Shown here piece after piece: positions 48,741 through 58,614 of a DNA stretch of 64,000 nt. The translations under genes were made by a program, and so were the position numbers. This stretch comes from Desulfosudaceae bacterium (GTDB taxonomy: Bacteria; Desulfobacterota; Desulfobacteria; Desulfobacterales; Desulfosudaceae), in contig CAXXDV010000003.1 in NCBI GenBank assembly GCA_963674745.2, positions 2,144,001-2,208,000 on the forward strand, given 5' to 3'. Numbering within the stretch: the stretch's first letter is position 1; each line of letters starts with the position of its first letter. Under the pieces are notes generated by a model. It made no database searches and was not told where the DNA came from. It saw nothing but the letters and a program-made list of their open reading frames with translations.

Positions 48741-49496
48741 TCAGATGGTGCCGATCGTGTCTTTACTAACCCAACCCACCTTATCCTTTCCGAACCGGAT
48801 ACGGTAAAAATCATTTCTTTGCTGCTCGATGGTCACCCGGCTTCCGGCGTGCAGCACAAACAATTCCGTAGACGGGTCTGAAAGCCCCGATTTGGCGGAT
48901 ATGGACTCGGACAAAACAACGCCCTGGCGGCTATTCTGATCAAAATAGAAATTGCCGGAAGCCGTCAGGGCAAAAAGAAGGAAAAATAACAGGGCACCAT
49001 AACGAACAAATGCCGGCACATTTAATGACAGGTGTTTTTTGACAAACATCACGAGACAGAAGATCAGGCCGAATGCTGCCGCCAGAAAGATCACCGTCTT
49101 TCGACCCAGCCAGTAGCGCCAGAAAAAAAGCATCTGCGGCAGTGAAACCAGGTCCGGTGCCTTATCTTTCACCCGGGTGCGGGCATATTCCAGATTAAAC
49201 CGCAAATCCGGGTCATTGGGCATCAGGCGGAACGCTTTTTCATACCACAAAACAGCCCGGCCGATATCCCCTGCCTTAAAACAGGCATTGGCAATGTTAT
49301 AGTACAGCTTGCCGTTGACAATGCCCTCTTGTGCGATGGAAAGAAAACCATCGGCCGCGGCCTGATAATGCCCCTGCTCATAATCTTTTACGGCGTCCAG
49401 AAACACGCGCGCCCGCTCCTGGGCCAAAGCCGTATACGGCAGAAGCATAACGGTCAACAGCAGAAAAATCGTTACCATCCTGATGGGCTTATTCAT
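48741..49496 (-). CDS. batE: BatE-like TPR + SH3b protein
   Basis: YYNIANACFKAG..GRAVLWYEKA, LFVLHAGSRV, GWV; last gene of the bat operon. Confidence 0.8.
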   Translation of the reverse strand: MNKPIRMVTIFLLLTVMLLPYTALAQERARVFLDAVKDYEQGHYQAAADGFLSIAQEGIVNGKLYYNIANACFKAGDIGRAVLWYEKAFRLMPNDPDLRFNLEYARTRVKDKAPDLVSLPQMLFFWRYWLGRKTVIFLAAAFGLIFCLVMFVKKHLSLNVPAFVRYGALLFFLLFALTASGNFYFDQNSRQGVVLSESISAKSGLSDPSTELFVLHAGSRVTIEQQRNDFYRIRFGKDKVGWVSKDTIGTI

Positions 49497-51262
49497 GGCA
49501 TGATCCTCCTTATCAACCGTCCTGTTGATGCCAGTGCCCTGTCAAAAAAATCGGTATTAACGTCCCGGCCGCCGTAACGGGCCTGCTCAATTTCCTCGAG
49601 CAGCCGGCAGATCTCATCCGTCAGCGATTGGTCACAACCGTTATCCAAAAGCACCTGCCGGGCTTCACGGTAGGTCAGGGACTCGCCCCTTCTGCCCGCC
49701 CTGGCGTAAACCGCGTAAACGACCGCCTTGAACAAATGATCCAGACGGGTCTCAGGGGCTAATTTATCCTGTCCGGCCGATTTCAAAGCGGTTTTCGATT
49801 TTCTGGACATCAGGGTTGTATCGTCTATCTGCCGCCGGATCCGGGTTATCATGACCGCAGCCAGAAAGTACAGCAGAAACGGGCCACCGACCAGAAGGAT
49901 AAAAACGTTCAGCGGGACAGGTCCCTGATGATTCAGTGCCGAAAGGTCCTGTTGAATCGGAAAAATGTCATGGCCAGTGAATTCAACCGCCTGCTTGCGC
50001 ACGGGCAGGGGGAGATGCTCTTGCTTGCCGGTGTTTGTCCCGGTGAGATCTACCGTCTGACTTTTGTCGGAAGGGTTGACCGTTACTTCGATAGGCACCG
50101 TGGAAATGGTAATATAGGATTTACGGCTGACGTCAAAATAGGTCAGTGAAAAAGGACCGACGGTATAAGATCCGGGTGTCAGGGCCACCAGTGCCGCCGG
50201 GAACCGTTTCTTGCCGGACACGCCGGCATCACTGGCGGCGATATCTTCAACCGGCGCGTCTTCATATATTTTAAAGGCATCCGGGAGATTGAACCCGGGA
50301 TTTGATGCCGACTGGATGTTGCCCCGGCCGCTGATAATGATGGCCATATTGGCGGATTCACCTTCGACAAGGGTTGTCTGATCTATTTCAGCTGAAATGG
50401 CGAACTCTCCCACCAGGCCGGAGAAGGGGTCTTTACCGGTATATTCCGGCAGAGGCCGGACCGTCACTTTAACGGGATCGGCGGTCAGTCGCCGGGACTC
50501 GAGATTAAGTCCCCTTCCTAAAAAAGGATCATTAAAAAAAGAGTCAAACATGGACCGGCCCCGGGACGTTTTGCGGGAAACCACATCGCAGGAAATCACG
50601 GCCGGGCCGATGGCCTGCTCCCCGGCCTGCTCCGGCGTCAACACATAAACGATTTCGGTCACGTCGAACCGCCGACCGCCCACTACTCTTGAATAACTCC
50701 GGTTATCCTCCAGTTGCTCCGCCGAAAACCCGGGAAATTTCGGGGCCAGGGTAAGGCTGGCATTGGTGATACGGACAGCATTGTACAGGCTCAACCGGCA
50801 GGTGATCTGTTCGCCCAGCCAGGGTGAGTCATCCGAGACCGACAGCCGGATGAAAATGTCGGCGTCTTTTGGGCCACTGTCCGTTTGCGGGCTGTCGGAA
50901 ACTTCGATGGTAATCATTTCGGTGTAAAGCGTCTTATGGCCGATCGTCACCGGCAGGGCCGGGATCACCAGCGGTCCTTTTTTTAACGGTATCAGGGAAT
51001 AGGTATATTCGGTCCTGCTGGACACATTGCCGTTAATGATGTTGTAGGACGAGGAAGTGCCCCTGGAGGCCACCTGGAAATCGCGTATGCCGGCGACATT
51101 GACCTCTCCTTTACTCCCTTCTACGGTAACCGTCAGGGTCAGACTTTCGCCGCCAACCACACGGGTCCTGTCGACCGTGGCGCTGACACTGGCGGCCCGG
51201 ACCGGGGCAGCCGCAACCGTCACCCATAGCAGTAACGTTATTATTATGGCAAGGCGCTTCAC
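49493..51262 (-). CDS. batD: BatD-family protein
   Basis: Signal peptide, ATVDRT, repeated Ig-like domains, GLVGEF, C-terminal TM. Confidence 0.88.
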   Translation of the reverse strand: MKRLAIIITLLLWVTVAAAPVRAASVSATVDRTRVVGGESLTLTVTVEGSKGEVNVAGIRDFQVASRGTSSSYNIINGNVSSRTEYTYSLIPLKKGPLVIPALPVTIGHKTLYTEMITIEVSDSPQTDSGPKDADIFIRLSVSDDSPWLGEQITCRLSLYNAVRITNASLTLAPKFPGFSAEQLEDNRSYSRVVGGRRFDVTEIVYVLTPEQAGEQAIGPAVISCDVVSRKTSRGRSMFDSFFNDPFLGRGLNLESRRLTADPVKVTVRPLPEYTGKDPFSGLVGEFAISAEIDQTTLVEGESANMAIIISGRGNIQSASNPGFNLPDAFKIYEDAPVEDIAASDAGVSGKKRFPAALVALTPGSYTVGPFSLTYFDVSRKSYITISTVPIEVTVNPSDKSQTVDLTGTNTGKQEHLPLPVRKQAVEFTGHDIFPIQQDLSALNHQGPVPLNVFILLVGGPFLLYFLAAVMITRIRRQIDDTTLMSRKSKTALKSAGQDKLAPETRLDHLFKAVVYAVYARAGRRGESLTYREARQVLLDNGCDQSLTDEICRLLEEIEQARYGGRDVNTDFFDRALASTGRLIRRIMP

Positions 51263-53136
51263 CAGTCCTGTTCAACCTCCCGTTTGTGATAGTCGGGCAT
51301 CAAGATAGCCGATCCCGGGATATCCTGCAACCGGTCCAGCCGCTTTTGCCCATGGTCGGGCAAACGTGACAACGCCCCTTTCTGCCCCTTTTGCTGATCG
51401 TCCTGATTGGCCGCTTGCCCGGCTGCCTGCTGTTGCTGCTGTTCCCGGTCTTCTTCACGCTTTTTCGCAGCGCTGTCACCCTGTTCATCCGGTTGTTTCT
51501 TTCCGGCTGCGGAAGATTTTTTCTGTTGCTGTTCATCCTTTGTTTGGTCGGTGCTATTGTCTTTGGACGTCTGACCGCTGTCCTGCTTCTGCTGTTGATC
51601 GCCCCGGGCCTGGTCCTGATTCTGGCCCTGCTGTTTCTGATCGCTTTGCTGCTGTTGATCGCTCTGCTGCTGCTGATCGCTTTGCTGCTGCTGCTGTTTT
51701 TTCTGCTCTTCAAGTGCTTTTTTGGCCAGGGCCAGATTTTCTTCGGCTTCCTTGTCGGCCTTATCGATATCCAGGGTCTTCTGGTAAGCGTCAATCGCGT
51801 TTTTAAAATCACGCTGCCGGAAGTAAGCATTACCCAGATTGTACCAGGCGTCTTTTTTCAAAGACTTATCCGGTTGCGCGTTATCCTTGAGCAGTTCCAG
51901 GGCCCTTTTATAATTACCGGCCGCTTCGTCATATTTTTCCGCCTTGTAATAAGCGTTACCGATATTATAATACAGCTCACCATTGTCAGGGTCGGCCAGT
52001 TGCGCGTCGATAAAGTGTTTGAGGGCTTTTTCATACGCTCCGCCATCATAAGCCGTCCGCCCCTTTTCCACATCATTGTAGACGTTGCCCGCCCGGGCAT
52101 CCGGCGTGCCGATTCCGAGTATCAGTAAAACCAGCAGCGTCGTCACCATCCGGCCTCTTGGGATCAGCATTTCTACTGCCAGAAAAACCAGGGCCAGGGC
52201 CAGGAACCATTGAAAACGGTCTTCTAAAATTTTTTTCCTGCCGCTTTCGAGGGTGGTCTGCTCCATTGTTTTCCTGATTTTATCTTTGTAAATCATCTCC
52301 AGGTCCATGTCACCGGCCACTGAACGGACATAAATCCCGCCGGTGACGGCCGCCATCTGCCGCAGGGTTTCCTCGTCCAGTCGGGTGAGCACGATTTTCC
52401 CGTCCCGGTTTTTCGTAAATCCCCCGCTGTTCTCAGGAACCGGTGCGCCCTGGTCGTTGCCGACACCGATGCAGAATATCTTGATATTCTTTTCAGCCGC
52501 CTTGCGGGCGGCCTCAACCGGGTCGGGACCGCTGGTCTGCTCACCGTCGGTGATCAGAATAATCGCCTTGTCGGAAGTATCGGCTTCATTAAAACCGGAA
52601 ACAGCCGTCATCACCGCATCACCCAGATTGGTACCGCCCACCGGCAGCATGTCCGGCGACAGGGATTCCAGGAACAGGTGAAAAGCGCTGTAATCCATTG
52701 TCAGGGGGCACTGCATAAAGGCGCTTCCGGCAAATGCCACCAGCCCGATACGGTCTCCGGTCAGCATGCCCAGAAGGTCGATAATTTCATATTTGGCCCG
52801 GGTCAACCGGGTGGGCTTAATGTCCTCAGCCAGCATGCTCCGGGAACAGTCCAGGGCCACGACGATATCAACCCCTTTGCGTTCGATCTTTTCCCAACGA
52901 AAACCGTAACGCGGACCGGCCAGCGCGATCAGGGCCATGGCCGCGGCCAGAACCAGCAGGATCGCGCCGATTGTTCTCCGGAAAGGAGAGGCCTCGGCAA
53001 TCAGCCGGGTCAGCCCTTCACCGCCGGCAAATCCGGTCAAAATTTTATTTCGCCGGGATATACCCCAGTAAACCGCCAGCAGCAAGGGTAAAACCGCCCA
53101 TAAGAACAAGAGCATATAAGGATAGGCAAAAGTCAC
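51259..53136 (-). CDS. batB: BatB/BatC-like fusion: VWA + TPR + Gln-rich tail
   Basis: MIDAS DCSRS, LITDGE, TPRs (YYNIGNAYY), Q-rich region; GTGA overlap with the batA stop. Confidence 0.85.
   Translation of the reverse strand: MTFAYPYMLLFLWAVLPLLLAVYWGISRRNKILTGFAGGEGLTRLIAEASPFRRTIGAILLVLAAAMALIALAGPRYGFRWEKIERKGVDIVVALDCSRSMLAEDIKPTRLTRAKYEIIDLLGMLTGDRIGLVAFAGSAFMQCPLTMDYSAFHLFLESLSPDMLPVGGTNLGDAVMTAVSGFNEADTSDKAIILITDGEQTSGPDPVEAARKAAEKNIKIFCIGVGNDQGAPVPENSGGFTKNRDGKIVLTRLDEETLRQMAAVTGGIYVRSVAGDMDLEMIYKDKIRKTMEQTTLESGRKKILEDRFQWFLALALVFLAVEMLIPRGRMVTTLLVLLILGIGTPDARAGNVYNDVEKGRTAYDGGAYEKALKHFIDAQLADPDNGELYYNIGNAYYKAEKYDEAAGNYKRALELLKDNAQPDKSLKKDAWYNLGNAYFRQRDFKNAIDAYQKTLDIDKADKEAEENLALAKKALEEQKKQQQQQSDQQQQSDQQQQSDQKQQGQNQDQARGDQQQKQDSGQTSKDNSTDQTKDEQQQKKSSAAGKKQPDEQGDSAAKKREEDREQQQQQAAGQAANQDDQQKGQKGALSRLPDHGQKRLDRLQDIPGSAILMPDYHKREVEQDW
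51638..51691. repeat. 3 x 18 bp coding tandem repeat (QQQQSD)
   Basis: TGATCGCT(T/C)TGCTGCTG(T/C) three times. Confidence 0.9.
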
Positions 53137-54128
53137 GGTACCTCCAGGTAAACCGTATTTTCCAGCACGATCCGCATGACCAGCAACAACAGGGCCAGCG
53201 ATACCAGCCACGGATACAGGTCATTATAAACCGCATAAACATTCGATTTGGCTTCGGTTTTTTCCATGTCATCAATGGTGTCATAAATCCGTTTCAAGGC
53301 TTCTGTGCTTTTAGCGTTGAAATAAAGGCCGCCGGTCTTCTGGGCGATGTCTTTTAAGGCCGCTTCGTCCATATCGACTATGCCATATTCATAATGAGGG
53401 ATCGGGCGTTCGATCAGAAACGGTACCTTTTTCCCGGCCGTGCCGACGCCGATGGTGTAAATTTTAACCCCCTGCTCGGCGGCAAAGGCGGTGGCGTCTG
53501 TCGGCGACAGCTCACCGGTGTTACTATCACCATCGGTCAGCAGAATAATCACATTGGATTTGCTTTCAATGTCCCGCAGGCGTTTTAATGAAATGCCGAT
53601 GGCATCACCGATGGCGGTACTCTGGCCGGCGGCACCGATCCGCAATCGGTCCAGAATGAATTCAACGGTGCTGTAATCCCGGGTCAAAGGCACCTGGGTA
53701 TAGGCGTTGGTGCCGAAAACAACCATGCCGATACGGTCGCCGTTTCTTCCGGCGATAAACTCGGACACCACGCTTTTCACCGCCTCCAGCCGGTTGACCA
53801 TTTCGCCTTTGAGCTTAAAGTCAATGGCGGCCATACTGCCGGAAAGGTCAACCGCCAGTATGATGTTGATGCCCTCGGTAATGGTTTCAACTTTCTTTTC
53901 CCCCCACTGGGGACGACAGAGCCCGACGACCATGGCAGTAAAGGCAAGTCCCGAAAGCATGGGGATAATCCAGCGGGTTTTCACCCGGAATGAAACCGGC
54001 ATACGGCTGATCGAAATCGTCTCGGAAACCGCCAGCGACGGCTGTCGGTCCCGGCGCTTTTTCCAGTAATAAGCCGCCGGCAGCAGAATCAGCAACAGCG
54101 CGAACCATGGATCGGCAAAGCGGAACAT
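53133..54128 (-). CDS. batA: BatA-like VWA membrane protein
   Basis: MFRFADPW, MIDAS DLSGSM, TAIGDAI, LLTDG, KIYTIGVG. Confidence 0.9.
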   Translation of the reverse strand: MFRFADPWFALLLILLPAAYYWKKRRDRQPSLAVSETISISRMPVSFRVKTRWIIPMLSGLAFTAMVVGLCRPQWGEKKVETITEGINIILAVDLSGSMAAIDFKLKGEMVNRLEAVKSVVSEFIAGRNGDRIGMVVFGTNAYTQVPLTRDYSTVEFILDRLRIGAAGQSTAIGDAIGISLKRLRDIESKSNVIILLTDGDSNTGELSPTDATAFAAEQGVKIYTIGVGTAGKKVPFLIERPIPHYEYGIVDMDEAALKDIAQKTGGLYFNAKSTEALKRIYDTIDDMEKTEAKSNVYAVYNDLYPWLVSLALLLLVMRIVLENTVYLEVP

Positions 54129-54865
54129 CAGTGTTCACCCCCGGTTTCCGCGGTTGCGTCCACCGCTTTGTAGTGGTTGACAATATTTTTAACCAACCCC
54201 AGATGCCCCATCATGTCGGCCGTATCAGGTAATACCCGGGCGAACTTGACCCGGTCACCGAAGGTCAGAAACTTTTTAATACCGGCCCGGTTTTCCCGAT
54301 CAAATTCCAGGCGCCCCAGACAGGGCAGAAGCTCTTCGGTGGTCATCTCCATCGCGTCTATGTCAAACCGCCGCTCCAGGTAACGACGGAAAATGGCCGA
54401 CAGGCGGAAATAAAAAACGGCCGGTTGATCGGGCGGGGTGGTTTCAAGCAATGCCAGGTCATCCAGGGCTTCGGCTTCCGGTGTCTTGAATACCGTGGCA
54501 GACACATGCGGCATATCTTTGTCCCGCATTTTTTTCCGGCGGCGGATGAGCCACCACAGCCCTGAGGCTGCGATCAATAACGCCACACCTCCTGCTATCC
54601 AGTAATATATGGCCGGATTGACACCGACCTGCACCGGATCACGAATATCATGAATATCCGTGGCCCCGGCAGAGGCCGGCTGAGCGGTCATAGCGGAACC
54701 CGGGGGCACGACCGTGGCCGGCTGACCGGTTATGCCGGAACCCTGGAGCACGGCGCCGGACGCCGGAGGGCCGGTTGTTGCCGCCGAAACGGCCATACAG
54801 AGACCGAAAACAACAGCCGCTGTCAAAAGAAGTTTTTTTATACCGGACAAAACCATTTTAAACAT
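54128..54865 (-). CDS. DUF4381-like membrane protein of moxR/bat operons
   Basis: DIHDIRDP + TM + RRYLERRF...EMTTEE...DRVKFA. Confidence 0.75.
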   Translation of the reverse strand: MFKMVLSGIKKLLLTAAVVFGLCMAVSAATTGPPASGAVLQGSGITGQPATVVPPGSAMTAQPASAGATDIHDIRDPVQVGVNPAIYYWIAGGVALLIAASGLWWLIRRRKKMRDKDMPHVSATVFKTPEAEALDDLALLETTPPDQPAVFYFRLSAIFRRYLERRFDIDAMEMTTEELLPCLGRLEFDRENRAGIKKFLTFGDRVKFARVLPDTADMMGHLGLVKNIVNHYKAVDATAETGGEH

Positions 54866-55762
54866 TTATCGAATCCGCCTTTCCCGCATGCGGAAATAAG
54901 CGGTCAGGGCATCGGCCACGTGGGTTTCCCGACCGGCGGCCGTATCCGCCGAAAGCGTCATGCAATCGATATCACTTTTTTTCAGCATATCAAAAACAGC
55001 CTGCCGTTTTTCCGTTTTGATCCCGGCCAGCGCCCGGCGGCCGGCAGCCGACGAAGCATCAAAGACCACCTTTTGGCCGGTTTCCAGATCCCGCATATGA
55101 ATAAGGCCGCCCGTCGGCGGCTCCAGGTCGCCCTTATCGGAGACGAACAGGCTGACCAGTTCATGCCGCCGCGAAACCGTACGCAACCCCCTGGCACTGT
55201 CATGGGCAAAAAAATCGGAAATCAGAAACGCCACTGTTTTCCTGGGGCAGACATTGCCCAGATAGGTCAGGGCCGCCTGGATATCGGTACCTTCATGTTC
55301 GGGACGATAGGTAAAGATTTCCCTGATCAGCCGCCATATATGAGCCGATCCTTTTTTGGGGGGAATGTATTTTTCCACCCGGTCACTGAACAGGATAGCC
55401 CCGACGCGGTCATTGTTCCTGATGGCGTTGAAAGCCAGAATGGCGGCGGCCTCAGCAGCCAGGTCCCGCTTGCGGACACCGGTGGTGCCGAAAGACATGG
55501 ATCCGCTGACATCGATCAGCAGCATCACCACCAGTTCTCTTTCTTCCCGGTAAAGCTTGATAAAGGGCCGGCCCATGCGGGCCGAGACATTCCAGTCGAT
55601 GCTCTTGACATCATCACCGATGGCGTATTCCCGGACTTCTTCAAACTCGATCCCGGAACCGCGGAACACCGAGCGGTAGTTGCCGGCCATGACGGCATCG
55701 ACCATCCGGCCGCTCTTGATGTGGATCCGTTTTATTTTTTTTATGACTTCAGGCGAAAACAT
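54866..55762 (-). CDS. DUF58 protein
   Basis: GSGIEFEEVREY..GDD...IDWNVSAR, DVSGSM, ISDF. Confidence 0.93.
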   Translation of the reverse strand: MFSPEVIKKIKRIHIKSGRMVDAVMAGNYRSVFRGSGIEFEEVREYAIGDDVKSIDWNVSARMGRPFIKLYREERELVVMLLIDVSGSMSFGTTGVRKRDLAAEAAAILAFNAIRNNDRVGAILFSDRVEKYIPPKKGSAHIWRLIREIFTYRPEHEGTDIQAALTYLGNVCPRKTVAFLISDFFAHDSARGLRTVSRRHELVSLFVSDKGDLEPPTGGLIHMRDLETGQKVVFDASSAAGRRALAGIKTEKRQAVFDMLKKSDIDCMTLSADTAAGRETHVADALTAYFRMRERRIR

Positions 55763-55789
55763 TGGTCAGATACCCGGTCAGCAGGATTG

Positions 55790-56770
55790 TCAGGGAACTT
55801 CCACGCCGTCAAAAATATGACCGATAATATCGTCGGTGGTCAAATCCTCGGCTTCGGCTTCGTAGGTCAGGATGATCCGATGCCGCAGAATTTCAGGAGC
55901 GATGGATTTTATGTCCTGGGGCGTGACATAGGCCCTGCCATGAAGAAAGGCGTAGGCCCTGGCGGCCAGGCTCAGGTAAATGGTGGCCCGGGGAGAGGCG
56001 CCATAGCGGATATACGGGGCCACATCGATCTTATAATCAGCCGGGTTGCGGGTGGCGAAGATCAAATCCACGATATAATCCCGCAATTTCTCCTCCATAT
56101 AGATATCCTTGACCAGTTGGACAAGGCTGTTCAGCTCTTCAGGACGGAGAATGCGGTTGACCGCGGCTTCCTGTTCGAACCCCACCCGGCGCATGATCTC
56201 CTTTTCTTCATCCCGGCTGGAATAATTAACCGTTACCTTGAGCATGAACCGGTCCACCTGGGCCTCCGGAAGCGGATAGGTACCTTCCTGTTCAATGGGG
56301 TTCTGGGTGGCCAATACCAGAAACGGATCATCCAGCTTAAAGGTATTATCCCCGATGGTAACCTGCCGTTCCTGCATGGCCTCGAGCAGGGCGGACTGCA
56401 CTTTGGACGGTGCCCGGTTGATCTCGTCGGCCAGAATGATATTGTTGAATACAGGCCCTTTTTTAATGGTAAAGTCGCCGGTCTTGGGGAGATAAACCTC
56501 GGTACCGATCAAATCCGCCGGAAGCAGGTCCGGCGTGAACTGAATCCGTTTAAAAGAGGCATCCACCGTTCCGGCCAGGGCCTTGACGGCACTGGTTTTG
56601 GCCAGTCCCGGCACCCCTTCTATCAGAATATGCCCCTTGGTGAACAGCCCGATCAATAACCCGTCGATCATATCGTTCTGGCCCACAATCACCCGGGCGA
56701 TTTCCTGACGGATACTGCTGACAAGGGAATGGGCCTCTTCAACCCGGCTTTTCAATTCTTCGACAGTCAC
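55790..56770 (-). CDS. moxR: MoxR-family AAA+ ATPase
   Basis: EGVPGLAKT, RIQFTPDLLPAD, DEINRA, ATQNPIEQEGTYPLPEAQVDRF, GASPRA. Confidence 0.96.
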   Translation of the reverse strand: MTVEELKSRVEEAHSLVSSIRQEIARVIVGQNDMIDGLLIGLFTKGHILIEGVPGLAKTSAVKALAGTVDASFKRIQFTPDLLPADLIGTEVYLPKTGDFTIKKGPVFNNIILADEINRAPSKVQSALLEAMQERQVTIGDNTFKLDDPFLVLATQNPIEQEGTYPLPEAQVDRFMLKVTVNYSSRDEEKEIMRRVGFEQEAAVNRILRPEELNSLVQLVKDIYMEEKLRDYIVDLIFATRNPADYKIDVAPYIRYGASPRATIYLSLAARAYAFLHGRAYVTPQDIKSIAPEILRHRIILTYEAEAEDLTTDDIIGHIFDGVEVP

Positions 56771-56861
56771 GGCTCCTCCTTCTATTCAGTCATTCTTTAT
56801 CAAATCAACCCCTTAGAAACAACCCGGTTCAAACAATAAGACCGGTGCCGGGGCTTGTCAA

Positions 56862-56897
56862 GTCATGGGATTCCTGTTGCGACAGGAACCCCATGAC
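56862..56897 (-). terminator. 16 bp stem-loop between yfdX and moxR
   Basis: Minus strand GTCATGGGGTTCCTGT-CGCA-ACAGGAATCCCATGAC with one G.U pair; no long U tail. Confidence 0.5.
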
Positions 56898-56905
56898 ACA
56901 GAAAT

Positions 56906-57913
56906 TCAGCCGTTAACCGGTTTGTCGATAACGTGTGCCTGCCCGGATTCCTTTTTGAAAAGGTTCACCGTACGTTCCCAATAATCACGGATCTTTTGGG
57001 CCGTGTCTTTTTCGCCGGTTTTACTCATCAGGCCATTTATATCATCCTCAAGTTGCTTAATCCTGCTGTCGTTTTCCCGGCCGAGAAGCTCACGATAAAG
57101 TTCCAGCTGGGCCCTGGCAATTTTCAAATTTTCCCGGGCAGCCGTTTCATTACCTTCGGCAGCCATCCGTTCAGCTAAACGCAAGGCCTGCTGAACCTGC
57201 ACCAGGGGCGCGTCGGTCGGATTGGCCACAAACTCAACCCCTCTGGACTGGGCCAGGAGCAACTGGTTCAGGGCGGCTTCGGGGTTTTCAATCAGCGCGG
57301 CGGCCCGGTTCATTTTCCGTTCAATATAGTTCAAATCCGCCAGGACAGCCGTATTGATAACTTCCGTTCTGTCCATACGCAGTCCTTTTAAATCAGCCTC
57401 GTCCTTTTTGGCTTTTATGATCGGCTCGACAACTTCCATTGCGATCATCCCCTGATACAAGGGAATGCGATCGTCCTGGACCTTGTCCATCTCGCGATAA
57501 ATTTCTTTTCCCTTGGCATCCTTAACAATGGTCGTCACTGTCGTTACGGGCAGCAGGTCCCTGACCAGTTTAACCAGTTTTTGAGCATTTTCCAGTTCAT
57601 TTACGGCCCCCCGGGTATTTTGATCAAACAGTTTTTGCACGGCCGCGTTGATATGTTTCACGACATGCGATGTCAGCAGAGAAGCCTGGTTTAAATCCGC
57701 TTCCGACAGTTGGCCTTCGGTTCGTCGTTCGACCACCGTCTGATAGGTGCTTCCGCTACCGGTCGTAATTGTTGATTTCGCTTTTTGGGGCCTGTCGGCA
57801 ATCCTGGTTGCCGCAGCAAAGGCTTTGCCGCCCCCTGCGATGGACAGCACCAGGGCCAGTACAAGAGCGGTTCGCGCCCATTTTTCCCTGTAAAAAAAAG
57901 TAACCGTTTTCAT
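56906..57913 (-). CDS. exported YfdX-like helical protein
   Basis: AAGGAGG RBS, Sec signal (AFA), helical body, PLVQVQQALRLA...LKIARAQLELY. Confidence 0.6.
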   Translation of the reverse strand: MKTVTFFYREKWARTALVLALVLSIAGGGKAFAAATRIADRPQKAKSTITTGSGSTYQTVVERRTEGQLSEADLNQASLLTSHVVKHINAAVQKLFDQNTRGAVNELENAQKLVKLVRDLLPVTTVTTIVKDAKGKEIYREMDKVQDDRIPLYQGMIAMEVVEPIIKAKKDEADLKGLRMDRTEVINTAVLADLNYIERKMNRAAALIENPEAALNQLLLAQSRGVEFVANPTDAPLVQVQQALRLAERMAAEGNETAARENLKIARAQLELYRELLGRENDSRIKQLEDDINGLMSKTGEKDTAQKIRDYWERTVNLFKKESGQAHVIDKPVNG

Positions 57914-57956
57914 GGCTTATTCCTCCTTTTAATCTGCCGATTTAAAATCGCAATTG

Positions 57957-58376
57957 TTATTGAAGGATCGATTTTACCGTCCCCAACAGATCATCAAGAT
58001 CAAACGGTTTATCAAACATGGCGGCGGCGCCTAATGCCGCCGCCATGTCGTGGGTTTCATCGTCCCCGAAGGCGGTAATCAATATCATTGGGGGAAAGGT
58101 TTTCTGTCTGGGTTTGCCTTCCAGTACCTCCATTCCGGAAATACCAGGCATACGGATATCGGAAATGATCAGATCAAACTGCTCGGGGCCGAGTTCTTCA
58201 GGTAACAAAAAATCGGCCAGATGGGTCAGCATGGCCATACCATCCGGACATGCCACAACGTCGTATCCGCAATTACGCAACGCCTGGGCCAGCAAACGCC
58301 TCATCTCTTTATCATCTTCAGCCAATAGGACACGAAATTGGGTGTTGTCATCCCGGTTAACCCTTTGTGCATTCAT
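57957..58376 (-). CDS. single-domain response regulator
   Basis: LLAEDD, ISDIRMP, ITAF, FDKPF; GGAGG 7 nt before the ATG. Confidence 0.92.
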   Translation of the reverse strand: MNAQRVNRDDNTQFRVLLAEDDKEMRRLLAQALRNCGYDVVACPDGMAMLTHLADFLLPEELGPEQFDLIISDIRMPGISGMEVLEGKPRQKTFPPMILITAFGDDETHDMAAALGAAAMFDKPFDLDDLLGTVKSILQ

Positions 58377-58429
58377 CGCCACACCTCCATTTTGTATTAA
58401 TTGCCCCGGTCATTTATGCCATGGCAATT

Positions 58430-58558
58430 ATCAAATTTCGTGCCAACATAAATTATACTTTAAAATCAATATGTTGATCCTTTTAAAGGAAACAAGGGTG
58501 GCTCATTGTGGGTAAAAAATACCCGATCAAGAAGGCTGGGGTGGAAAAAAATACCCAC
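58430..58558 (-). promoter_or_regulatory. sigma54-type promoter with IHF site and two enhancer-like palindromes
   Basis: TTGGCACGAAATTTGAT (58446-58430); AATCAATATGTTG = WATCAANNNNTTR (58464-58476); GTGGGTAAAAAATACCC (58508-58524) and GTGGAAAAAAATACCCAC (58541-58558). Confidence 0.7.
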
Positions 58559-58614
58559 CATTAAAGGGGCAAAAGACAGCTCGAATACACTTTTTAAAAT
58601 TTTAACCCGAGTGG

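Noticed and set aside
54650..56659. 669 aa plus-strand ORF
   Set aside because: Antisense shadow of the conserved moxR and DUF58 genes; no recognisable motifs.
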